NCBI GenBank assembly: GCA_031552765.1 | Contig: JAVBME010000007.1 | Coordinates: forward strand, 143,397 to 207,396 | Direction: 5' to 3' | DNA length: 64,000 nucleotides | DNA from: Acidaminococcales bacterium | GTDB lineage: Bacteria; Bacillota; Negativicutes; Acidaminococcales; JAISLQ01 | Shown here: one piece after another, positions 17,908 to 26,595 of the stretch | How the letters are laid out: each line of letters opens with the position of its first letter | How positions within the stretch are numbered: the stretch's first letter is position 1 | Notes under the pieces: model-generated | What the model saw: only the letters and a program-made list of their open reading frames with translations | The model's database searches: none | Told to the model about the DNA's origin: nothing | Position numbers and translations under genes: made by a program

Positions 17908-18063
17908 CTAGCAACGTCTAAATGGGGTATATACGCTCTGCCACACGCGAAAAAGATTTGCGTAATCCATACATATACCTTCACATACCAAACACCCGCT
18001 ATAATGCCTAGTGTTCCTCTCGCAAACTACTTTTGTATATGATAAGCTATGTTTGTCATTCAC
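17908..18063 (-). CDS. Possible 51-aa Cys-rich small protein (GTG start)
   Basis: Own translation: (M)NDKHSLSYTKVVCERNTRHYSGCLVCEGICMDYANLFRVWQSVYTPFRRC. An AAGGAGG SD lies 9 nt upstream of the GTG. It falls below the ORF-track size cutoff, and coding status is unproven. Confidence 0.3.
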   Translation of the reverse strand: MNDKHSLSYTKVVCERNTRHYSGCLVCEGICMDYANLFRVWQSVYTPFRRC

Positions 18064-18191
18064 ATTGGATGACCTCCTTTTGATTTTTACTTGCAGTTGA
18101 CAGACCGCAAATTTATATTATCAAAAGGAGTTTTAATATTGTTACTCACCGCTGTAAGCTTTTTTGAACCGCACGTCTAACGTGGGGTTTT

Positions 18192-18323
18192 CTATGCAAC
18201 AAGAAAGGGTACTGTGAGAGCAATCTTTCTTTCCAAAAATGCTTTCAAAAGATTTCTTTGGTTGTATAATGTCAGCTCTTCGTTATCGTTAATTATTAAT
18301 TGTTCTTGTGTATTTTTACTCAT
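18192..18323 (-). CDS. Possible 43-aa small protein
   Basis: Own translation: MSKNTQEQLIINDNEELTLYNQRNLLKAFLERKIALTVPFLVA. A GAGGGA SD is present. It lies 22 nt downstream of the PH-domain gene. Confidence 0.3.
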   Translation of the reverse strand: MSKNTQEQLIINDNEELTLYNQRNLLKAFLERKIALTVPFLVA

Positions 18324-18345
18324 ACATTTTCCCTCGTAATTATCT

Positions 18346-18852
18346 TCATAATTTTTCTTTTTTGTCATTTAATGCTTTAGCAAGATTACTGCTATTCGGT
18401 GTATTAATAATGTAATATTCATTTGCATAATTTATAACTATATCTTCTTTACCGCCTCTATACATAAAAACAACTGCCTCTTTGCCATTTCTCAATTTAA
18501 AAAGTCCTGTTTTTAGTTCATTAGTTCCTAAACCATTTATGCGTGTGCTGATTTTCCACTGCCCATCGTCTGTTGTAAAAACTTTAGCACCACTTAGATC
18601 AATTGCTTTCTTGTATGAACCTGATTGTATATATAAAATATCCTTATCAATACTATACCCAGAGCCGGCTGAACTAAAGCCTATATACAGAAGCACTAAT
18701 ACTGGAATTATTGGCCCCACCAAAGCCACTTTTGAATTGTTATGCACATAAAAATATATACCCATAACAAATGGAACAACAATAAATATCGCGCCTGTTA
18801 TGTTAAACAGCGCCGCTTTTATTACCATATCAAAAGTCACTTTAAACTCCAT
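18346..18852 (-). CDS. Membrane protein with bacterial PH-like domain
   Basis: Two N-terminal TM helices followed by a beta-rich about 100-aa domain resembling bPH (YdbS/YdbT-like). Low GC relative to its neighbours. Domain call made by eye. Confidence 0.55.
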   Translation of the reverse strand: MEFKVTFDMVIKAALFNITGAIFIVVPFVMGIYFYVHNNSKVALVGPIIPVLVLLYIGFSSAGSGYSIDKDILYIQSGSYKKAIDLSGAKVFTTDDGQWKISTRINGLGTNELKTGLFKLRNGKEAVVFMYRGGKEDIVINYANEYYIINTPNSSNLAKALNDKKEKL

Positions 18853-18897
18853 TTAATGCCTCCTTAAATTAATGTTGGTACTGTCAAGTTTTATGCG

Positions 18898-18935
18898 CAA
18901 AAAGAAAAAGGCTTGCATCTCTGCAAACCTTGAGT
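18898..18935 (-). terminator. Terminator after tRNA-Ala
   Basis: Minus strand reads GGTTTGCA-GAGA-TGCAAGCC followed by TTTTTCTTTTT. Confidence 0.5.
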
Positions 18936-18940
18936 TTACT

Positions 18941-19016
<76 letters not shown>

Positions 19017-19117
19017 ACGTACTGCGCCGGCTGCTGCCGACGTTTTTTATTATAAGCGATAGGCATGTTTGTTGTCAATGCTTATTTGGTTATTTTAGCA
19101 TTTCGGCCGACCGCCTC

Positions 19118-20227
19118 TTAGACCATGTATTTTGCTATTTCCTTGCTATAATTTCTTTTGCCGATATTAATGAATTTTCCCCGTTCGGTTTTTACTACCA
19201 GGTCGTCTGTGCCGTGTTTTCCGATATAGAATATGACTGCTTTTTCGCCATTTTTGAGGATGACTTGTTTGCCTTTTAGAGAGTCGCGTATCTGCACGAG
19301 CATGGACAGGCAGCTTCTGGCGTCCATCTTTTTAAACATTTCGTCGTCGAGTATCTCCATGACGGCCAGCGGCGCCCGCCGCGGCTGGTAGACCCGGTCG
19401 GTGGTGACAGCGTCATAGGTATCGGCGACGGCTATTATTTTGGAAAAGTCATGTATCCTTTCAGCTGTCAGCCCAAAGGGATAGCCGCTGCCGTCGATGC
19501 GTTCGTGGTGTTGCAGACAGGATTGTACTACTTCATCGGGCACGCCTTTGATTTGTTTTAGCATATCATAGCCGAGTACTGTATGCTTTTTCATGATTTC
19601 AAATTCTTCCGGGGTAAGTTTACCGGGTTTGTTCAATATTTCGAGCGGGATCTGCGCTTTGCCTATGTCATGCAACATGCCTGCCAGCACCAGTATTTGC
19701 AGGCGTTCTTCATCCACCTTGAGCCAGCGGCCGATTATCCCGGCCAGGATCCCGACGTTGACCGAGTGCTGGTATGTATAGTCATCACTGCCCCTGAGGT
19801 TTTTGACCACATGGACTAGTGTATAGTTTTCCATCAGTCCTTCTACAGTGTCTTTGGTAGTGTCCATCATTTGTTCGAAGGAAATGCTTTTAAATTGCCG
19901 TGCTACATCGAACACGTTTTTCACATAGGAAACTGTGCCGACGTACTTTTCGACAACGACTTTCTTTTCTTCCTGAGTATAGTCCTCGAGTTTTCGGCTG
20001 GCCAGAGAAAAGTCTACGAGCTTTTCCTCTTCTTCCGACTCGTCCTTACTCTCTTCGAAAAGAAAGATATTTACAGTGAAAATCTCACCGTAGCTAGATA
20101 TTTGGCGCAAAGCTTCTTCCGTCAGCAGCTCGCCGCTGTTTAAAATGACATGGTTTCTTATAACGACAGGTTCAGCTAACAGCATACCTGGTTTAAGTTC
20201 TTCCACCATGAGCCGTTTTGTTGCCAC
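19118..20227 (-). CDS. HD-GYP domain protein (putative c-di-GMP phosphodiesterase), DUF3391-like N-terminus
   Basis: MLHDIGKAQIP..QHHERIDGSGYP..ADTYDAVTTDRVY. Start moved to GTG 20227, 5 nt after an AAGGAGGTG SD. Confidence 0.85.
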   Translation of the reverse strand: MATKRLMVEELKPGMLLAEPVVIRNHVILNSGELLTEEALRQISSYGEIFTVNIFLFEESKDESEEEEKLVDFSLASRKLEDYTQEEKKVVVEKYVGTVSYVKNVFDVARQFKSISFEQMMDTTKDTVEGLMENYTLVHVVKNLRGSDDYTYQHSVNVGILAGIIGRWLKVDEERLQILVLAGMLHDIGKAQIPLEILNKPGKLTPEEFEIMKKHTVLGYDMLKQIKGVPDEVVQSCLQHHERIDGSGYPFGLTAERIHDFSKIIAVADTYDAVTTDRVYQPRRAPLAVMEILDDEMFKKMDARSCLSMLVQIRDSLKGKQVILKNGEKAVIFYIGKHGTDDLVVKTERGKFINIGKRNYSKEIAKYMV

Positions 20228-20340
20228 AGACTCACCTCCTTTTTTGCATATGGATTTGATTAGATTTAAATGCACTTTCTAGAATATATTATGTATAGTA
20301 TATCCTAAAAAGCTCTTTTTTTCTTTACAAATTTTATTCA

Positions 20341-23300
20341 CTATGTAGCCGCGGGCAGTTGCTCGTATACTTTTTCAAAAACATCTACCAGCACAGGGTC
20401 AAAGTGCCTGCCTTTGTCGGCAACGATGATTTTCCTGGCTTCTTCTTTGCTCATAGCCTCTTTATAGGGGCGCTTGCTTATGAGTGCGTCATAAACGTCC
20501 GCTATGGCCATCAGGCGGGCAACAAAGGGTATCTCTTTTTCTCTGAGCGCTTGCGGATAACCGCTGCCGTCCCATTTTTCATGGTGGTACATAGCTATTT
20601 CACGGGCTATATAGAGCATGTCGTCAGATTCTAGTTCTGAGAGGGCATCGTCTAAAAGCTTCGCTCCTTTGGTAGTGTGGGCGCGCATTATGGCCCATTC
20701 AGCGTTGCTCAGTTTGCCTGGTTTTAAGAGGACATTGTCAGGAATGGCCACTTTACCGATGTCATGCAGTTGCGAGGCGCGTATGATATTTTTCTTGCGC
20801 TCTTCGTCCAGTTTTTGTTCGGCAGCTACTTCTTCCGGTATATTGTTGAGCAAGATGCCGACAAGCTCCTGGGTACGCTCGATATGGTTGCCGGTGGCGC
20901 CGTCGCGGTATTCTGTAGCAGTGGCCAACATGCCAACTGTTACTTCTTGCAGCCTGAGGATGGTCGCCGTTTTCTCGTCCACCAGGCGGCTCAGGTGGCG
21001 CCGGTAAGCTTGCAGCTCTATGTGCGTTTTTATCCTGGCTAAAACCAATTGCGGCTGCACGGGTTTATGTATGTAGTCAACCGCGCCCATCTCCAGGCAC
21101 TTTATCTCCCGGTCATAGCCCTGTGTACCGGTGAGGAAAATGACAGGTATCTCCCTGCAATCAGGCCGCGCCTTCAGTTCGGCAAGAAGCTCGAAGCCGT
21201 CCATCTCCGGCATTTCGATGTCGAGAATGATAAGGTCGGGTTTTTTGTTATCAAGCATTTTAAGCGCTTGCTTGCCCGAGTTTATGGGTACGGCTTTATA
21301 TATCTCACCCAATATTTTTTGTAGCAGTTTAAGGTTTGTAATGTCGTCGTCGACAATAAAAACCGTATTTTTGCGGTAATAGTTGTAATCGAGTTTATCG
21401 AGCAGGACTTTCACCAATTTGCCGAGGTTTTCTATGCTGCCATTTTCCAGAAGGACAAGAGCGCTTTGGGCAAAACTGCCTATCCGCTCGTCACCCATAC
21501 TGTCTATTTCCGTTATGACGTCTCTCGCCTTTTCCAATTCACCCAGCAGCAGGGACTGCTGCAAAGCCTGAAAAAGTTGTTTTAGATCATAATGAGCGCT
21601 TTCCTGGCTGGAGAGCGCGGGTTTTTCCTCTCGCCGCTCAAACAGGCCGGCCAAATCCCTCTGAAGCTTTTCCAAAGACGTGATAAAATGCGGCATTCTA
21701 GCTACGGCCGCGGTATTAGCGTCATTTACCAGGTCTTTTTCTATACCGGCCGCTTCTTGTGAGATGACATTCGCGCCAATATTGGCCAAAGCGCTTTTCA
21801 TGCCGTGCACTTCTATTTTCAGGCGGTTGTAGTCGCCGTTTTCCTGTACTTCGAGCATGAAAGGTATCTTCTTTTCCAGTTGTTCGCTGCACGCTTTGAG
21901 AACAGTGATATAGATGGCCGGATTATTGAGGGTGTGTTTAAGGCCTATGTCAACATCTACCTCTTGAATACCGGACATTACTTTTTTCAGTTCTTCCAGA
22001 CCGGTTGAAGGCGATAAAGAAAGCGCGGCCGTTGCAACAGCGCCAAACTCAGCTGCCGGTGCAGTCATTTTTTCCTGCGGCAACCATTTTTTTAGCATGG
22101 CGCTCAGTTTATTGAGCTCGATGGGCTTACTCAAAAAATCATTCATACCGGCGCTGGTAAATTCCCGCCGCGCTTCGTCAAGGACGTTGGCCGACAAGGC
22201 CACGATAGGAACATTAAGGTATTTGCCGCCAAGCTTTCTTATGGCGCGCGCCGCCTCTACACCGGTCATCTCCGGCATCATATGATCCATGAAAATGATG
22301 TCGTAGTCGGCTTTGCCGAGAGTTGCCAGGGCCAGTTTGCCGCTGGATGCCGTCTCTACATCGATATTGAACTGTTTCAATAGATACGATGCTACATGGA
22401 GATTTACTTCGTTGTCGTCTACTACCAACACACGGGCGTTTTTCGTACAAAATAACAGCGCACGGGTATTTTCTACCGCCTGGTTGGCGCTTTGCGCTCC
22501 TTTGTCGTTGAGCATGTCGGCAAGCGATCTTACCTGCAAGGGCTTAAACATGATGATATCGCCGTAGTTTGACGTTAGCGAAGTTACCGCTTCCGGGCTG
22601 GTCAATACACCTATTTTCTGGTTTTCTACCCGAGTTATTTTGCGCTCCTGGTCTTTCGGCGAATAGTCTATGATGATATGCGTATATTTCGACAGATCGT
22701 ATTTCTCACCGCCGCTGCCCGGCTTAGGCAGTACGGCCGAGGCCACGCCCAGTTTTTTCGCCATACAAGATACGTTGTCCGCCAAAAGGGCGTTGTCTGT
22801 GCATATGGCCAGTTTGGTCGAATCGGCGTTTAATAGCATAGCCATAGGCTGCTGGACAGCTATGGTCTGCTTAAGCGCAAAGGAAAAGGTGGAACCTTCG
22901 CCGTAAATGCTGTCTATGTAGAGCTCTCCGCCCATGAGTTCGACCAGGCGTTTTACTATGGGCAGGCCGAGGCCGGTACCTGGGCAGTCTTTTTTGTCAG
23001 CAGCGTCAAAAGGTTGGAAGGCGCGGAAAAGATTGGTCATATCGCTTTGCGCTATGCCCCGCCCGGAGTCTTTTACAGAAAAAACGACCGTTATCTCTTT
23101 GTCCGTGCGGCTTTTTATCTCAAGGGATAGCTTTATATAGCCGGAGTCGGTAAATTTTACAGCATTGGACAAAAGGTTGAGCAGGGTTTGCCTGATACGG
23201 CCGCCGTCGCCGCACAGCGAGTGCGGGATGAACGGATCGATGTCTACTAAAAATTCCAGATTTTTTTCTGAAGCGCGGAAATTTATTATGTTGATGACAT

Positions 23301-24093
23301 CGGTCAAAATAGATAAAATATCGTAGTCTTTTTCACAGATGTTTAGGTTATTGCTTTCTATCTGGTTAAAGTCCAAAATATCGTTTATTATATCAAGAAG
23401 CGAACTTGAGGCTTTTTTGATATTGACGACATGGGCGGCGTCGGTCTGGTTAAGCTGTGACAATAAGAGAAGGTCGGCCATACCTAGTACGGCGTTCATC
23501 GGCGTCCTTATCTCATGGCTCATCTTAGCCAGAAAATCGCTTTTGACCTTAGCGGCCGCTTCGGCTTTTTCCTTGGCTTCGGTCAATTCGGTGATGTTGT
23601 GCTGCACTACGACAACGCCGAGGCATTCGCCCTGCTGGCCGGTCACCGGCGCTACCAGCATGTTTACGTGTACCCGGGAGCCGTCAGCTTTGAGTATTTT
23701 TTCGGTATATTGGGCGTTGCACTGACTGGCTATGACATGTTCAAAGCATTGTGTGATATTGTTTATCCATTTTGGATCCACTATGTCTTCACAGGCAACA
23801 GCAAAATCCATGCCATCGAGTTCTGCCGCGCTTTTGCCGAAGAACTCCCTGTTAGCTATGGTGGAGCCAAGGACGTATTTTAAGTCGCGATTGAGGACAT
23901 AAAAAACATCCGGGCAGTTTTCTAGAAAAAGCCGGTTGTATAAATGCTGCAATTCCCGTTCGCGTTCGTTTTGGTCGCGCAGTTGCTCGGCCTGCTCAAA
24001 AGCAATGGAAAGATGGCGGAAATCCGCCTGCATACGCTTTAGTTTGCGCTGTAAAATGGTATTTTCTTGTTGCGCCTTTTTGATTTCTTCCAT
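20341..24093 (-). CDS. Cytoplasmic hybrid histidine kinase fused to a full phosphorelay and an HD-GYP output (coiled coil-PAS-HisKA-HATPase-REC-HPt-REC-HD-GYP)
   Basis: H-box MSHEIRTPMN and G-box GTGLGLPIVKRL. REC1 is VLVVDDNEVN..IIFMDHMMPEMTG and HPt is VHGMKSALANIGA. REC2 is VFIVDDDITN..LIILDIEMPEMDG. HD-GYP is QLHDIGKVAIP..YHHEKWDGSGYP..ADVYDALISKRPY. No TM segment seen. Confidence 0.9.
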   Translation of the reverse strand: MEEIKKAQQENTILQRKLKRMQADFRHLSIAFEQAEQLRDQNERERELQHLYNRLFLENCPDVFYVLNRDLKYVLGSTIANREFFGKSAAELDGMDFAVACEDIVDPKWINNITQCFEHVIASQCNAQYTEKILKADGSRVHVNMLVAPVTGQQGECLGVVVVQHNITELTEAKEKAEAAAKVKSDFLAKMSHEIRTPMNAVLGMADLLLLSQLNQTDAAHVVNIKKASSSLLDIINDILDFNQIESNNLNICEKDYDILSILTDVINIINFRASEKNLEFLVDIDPFIPHSLCGDGGRIRQTLLNLLSNAVKFTDSGYIKLSLEIKSRTDKEITVVFSVKDSGRGIAQSDMTNLFRAFQPFDAADKKDCPGTGLGLPIVKRLVELMGGELYIDSIYGEGSTFSFALKQTIAVQQPMAMLLNADSTKLAICTDNALLADNVSCMAKKLGVASAVLPKPGSGGEKYDLSKYTHIIIDYSPKDQERKITRVENQKIGVLTSPEAVTSLTSNYGDIIMFKPLQVRSLADMLNDKGAQSANQAVENTRALLFCTKNARVLVVDDNEVNLHVASYLLKQFNIDVETASSGKLALATLGKADYDIIFMDHMMPEMTGVEAARAIRKLGGKYLNVPIVALSANVLDEARREFTSAGMNDFLSKPIELNKLSAMLKKWLPQEKMTAPAAEFGAVATAALSLSPSTGLEELKKVMSGIQEVDVDIGLKHTLNNPAIYITVLKACSEQLEKKIPFMLEVQENGDYNRLKIEVHGMKSALANIGANVISQEAAGIEKDLVNDANTAAVARMPHFITSLEKLQRDLAGLFERREEKPALSSQESAHYDLKQLFQALQQSLLLGELEKARDVITEIDSMGDERIGSFAQSALVLLENGSIENLGKLVKVLLDKLDYNYYRKNTVFIVDDDITNLKLLQKILGEIYKAVPINSGKQALKMLDNKKPDLIILDIEMPEMDGFELLAELKARPDCREIPVIFLTGTQGYDREIKCLEMGAVDYIHKPVQPQLVLARIKTHIELQAYRRHLSRLVDEKTATILRLQEVTVGMLATATEYRDGATGNHIERTQELVGILLNNIPEEVAAEQKLDEERKKNIIRASQLHDIGKVAIPDNVLLKPGKLSNAEWAIMRAHTTKGAKLLDDALSELESDDMLYIAREIAMYHHEKWDGSGYPQALREKEIPFVARLMAIADVYDALISKRPYKEAMSKEEARKIIVADKGRHFDPVLVDVFEKVYEQLPAAT

Positions 24094-24284
24094 TGTTAGG
24101 CGGCTCCTTAAATTAAGGTTGTTTTTTATTTTACCATATTTCTTATATAAAATTACACAGCAAAATGCAGAAAATCTAATATGGGAAAGCAGATAATTTT
24201 TATTAATTAGTATTGATTAATTTTATATTTTACCATTTATATTGTAAAAATTCAAAACTTTTTAAAAAACGGCCAAATAAATAG

Positions 24285-24322
24285 ATAAAAAAATAGCCAC
24301 CGTATGTAGTGGCTATTTTTAT
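24285..24322. terminator. Bidirectional terminator between the hydrogenase-like gene and the hybrid kinase gene
   Basis: ATAGCCAC-CGTATGT-AGTGGCTAT hairpin flanked by an A-run upstream and a T-run downstream. Starts 2 nt after the stop at 24324. Confidence 0.7.
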
Positions 24323-24323
24323 C

Positions 24324-25424
24324 TTAGAATCTACGTGTAAAAAACTTATTGTCTTCAATAAGGCTGTCGGTCGTTTCAAAACCCAGGCGCATCAGGAGAG
24401 CTATGACGTAAGGATTATCGATAGGCGTTGGATAGAGGGCCTCTTCACCATATTCGTCCACTTTCACTGTGGCGTCGTCTTTATTGATGATGGATTTGGG
24501 ACCGCCGACACAGCCGCCGACACAGCCCATGCCTTCATAAAAGTTCGCTTCTATTTTACCTGCTGACAGCTCTTCCATCATAGCGCGGCAGGCGGCCACG
24601 CCATCCGCCTGTTTGGCGCGGATGGGAATTTTCCTTGTCGGATGGAGACGCACCAGAGTGGCTCTCACCGCCTCGCTGACTCCACCCGTATGGGCGTATA
24701 TACGCCCGGCGCGCGAGGAGAATTCTTTCTCGTTCTCCTGCATTATTTTAGGGTTTATCTTCATGGCCTGAAAAAGCTCTACTGTTTCCTGGAAGGTCAG
24801 GACATGGTCTATAGCGCCCTTGAGGTCCGGCTCTTTGGCTTCGGCCTTTTTAGCAAGACAGGGGCCGACAAATACTGTCATAGCCTCTGGGTGCAGTATT
24901 TTTACCGTGCGACCGGCCGCAATCATCGGCGACACAGTCGCCGGTACATGCGGCATCAGCTGGCCGTAGATCTTTCTTATCATGGCCAGCCACATCGGGC
25001 AACAGCAGCTGGTCAGCTGGTAGTCTGTTTCGGTATTGATATTTTGGTCAAATTCAAGCGCTTCCTTTAAAGTAAGGATATCGGCAAAGACCGCTACTTC
25101 CAGCATGCCGTCAAAGCCCAGTTTTTTAAAGGCGCTTCTTAACATGCCGGGCGTAACGCCAGCGCCGAACTGGCCGAGAAAGGCCGGCGCGACGAGCGCA
25201 TAGCTGTATTTAGGCTTTGCGCACAAGCCGTTTAGTACTGCGGCTACGTCGCGGCTGGCTGTCTCAGCAGCCTTGCAGGCGGCCTCGTTATCTATCGGCG
25301 GTTGCTTTTTGGGTGAAAAAAGACAGTTGAGCTGGCTGCGGTCAAATTCTTCAAAGTAATCGTCTCCCGTCTGCCGTTTGCCAGTGAGTACGATGCGTTC
25401 GTAAAGTTCTTTGAATGTCAACAT
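24324..25424 (-). CDS. [FeFe]-hydrogenase H-cluster-domain protein without accessory Fe-S domains
   Basis: Three H-cluster motifs are present in variant form: TSCCCPMW (L1), GPCLAKKAE (L2) and EGMGCVGGCVGGP (L3). The N-terminal 75 aa has no ferredoxin-type Cys clusters. Confidence 0.8.
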   Translation of the reverse strand: MLTFKELYERIVLTGKRQTGDDYFEEFDRSQLNCLFSPKKQPPIDNEAACKAAETASRDVAAVLNGLCAKPKYSYALVAPAFLGQFGAGVTPGMLRSAFKKLGFDGMLEVAVFADILTLKEALEFDQNINTETDYQLTSCCCPMWLAMIRKIYGQLMPHVPATVSPMIAAGRTVKILHPEAMTVFVGPCLAKKAEAKEPDLKGAIDHVLTFQETVELFQAMKINPKIMQENEKEFSSRAGRIYAHTGGVSEAVRATLVRLHPTRKIPIRAKQADGVAACRAMMEELSAGKIEANFYEGMGCVGGCVGGPKSIINKDDATVKVDEYGEEALYPTPIDNPYVIALLMRLGFETTDSLIEDNKFFTRRF

Positions 25425-25800
25425 TGGTATTTCCTCCTAATTTTTATAGTTCAAAAATATTAAAGCGGTTTCGCATTTTCTATATGTAAAATGACAACAA
25501 AATCAGCCGCCGGCATTGAGCAGCTGAAACACAATATTTTTGCTGGCAATCATTTTGTAAATATTATAACATAAATATTTGCTTTTTGGCCTGGTTTAAC
25601 TATCTAATTTATTTATGATAAAAGATAAAAAAATAAACATAGGTTAACGAAATATATGAATTTTCATGCTATTTTCGCGTTTATTATTTCTAAGTATAAA
25701 GTCATGCCTATACAGCAAAACAAATATAAAAATTGCCATATTAACAAAAGCATAATATACTAAAATGACTGAATATCATGAAAATGGGAGCGATATCGCA

Positions 25801-26595
25801 ATGAAAGTTGTTATATTAGCAGGAGGCCTTGGCACAAGGCTGGCTGAAGAGACGGATGTCAGGCCAAAGCCGATGGTGGAGATCGGCGGCCGGCCGGTAC
25901 TTTGGCACATAATGAAAATATATTCTTATTGGGGCTTTAATGAATTTGTCGTCCTTACAGGCTATAAGTCCCATATGATAAAAGATTATTTTATTAATTA
26001 TTACACCAGATATTCCGATATAACTGTTGATATGGCAAATAACTCGGTCGAAATACACAACCACCGCAACGAGCAGTGGAAGGTAAGCATGCTCTACACC
26101 GGGCCTGATACCATGACCGGCGGTCGGTTGCTCCGGGCCAGGGATTTTATCGGCAACGAGCGTTTTATGCTCACCTACGGCGACGGCGTCAGTGATGTTA
26201 ATATCCCTAAAGTTTTGCAGCAGCATGAAAAAATGGGCAAAATAGGTACTCTCACTTCAGTACAGCAGGGCGGAAAGTTTGGCGTACTGTCGATAGACAA
26301 CGACGGCTGCATATCATCTTTTGCCGAAAAACCAAAAGACGACTCTTCTTGGATCAATGGCGGCTTTTTTGTTTTTGAACCGAAAATATTTGATTATCTA
26401 AAGAACGGCGATGCCACAATTTTAGAGCGCGACCCGCTGGAAAATCTGGCTAAAGACAACCAACTGTGCGCCTATAAGCATGATGGCTTCTGGAAGGCCA
26501 TGGACACTTTAAGCGATAAAATACAGCTTACAAACATGTGGACAGGCGGCTACGCACCGTGGGCGCTGTGGCAGAAAAGGATAAACCATGTTTGA
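25801..26595 (+). CDS. rfbF: Glucose-1-phosphate cytidylyltransferase
   Basis: MKVVILAGGLGTRLAEETDVRPKPMVEIGGRPVLWHIMKIY is the canonical RfbF/DdhA N-terminus. Start moved to ATG 25801. Confidence 0.9.
   Translation: MKVVILAGGLGTRLAEETDVRPKPMVEIGGRPVLWHIMKIYSYWGFNEFVVLTGYKSHMIKDYFINYYTRYSDITVDMANNSVEIHNHRNEQWKVSMLYTGPDTMTGGRLLRARDFIGNERFMLTYGDGVSDVNIPKVLQQHEKMGKIGTLTSVQQGGKFGVLSIDNDGCISSFAEKPKDDSSWINGGFFVFEPKIFDYLKNGDATILERDPLENLAKDNQLCAYKHDGFWKAMDTLSDKIQLTNMWTGGYAPWALWQKRINHV

Noticed and set aside
25430-25800. JUMPstart/ops (GGCGGTAG) antitermination element upstream of the glycan operon
   Set aside because: No GGCGGTAG or close variant is present in the 370-bp AT-rich leader. The element is proteobacterial and is not expected here.
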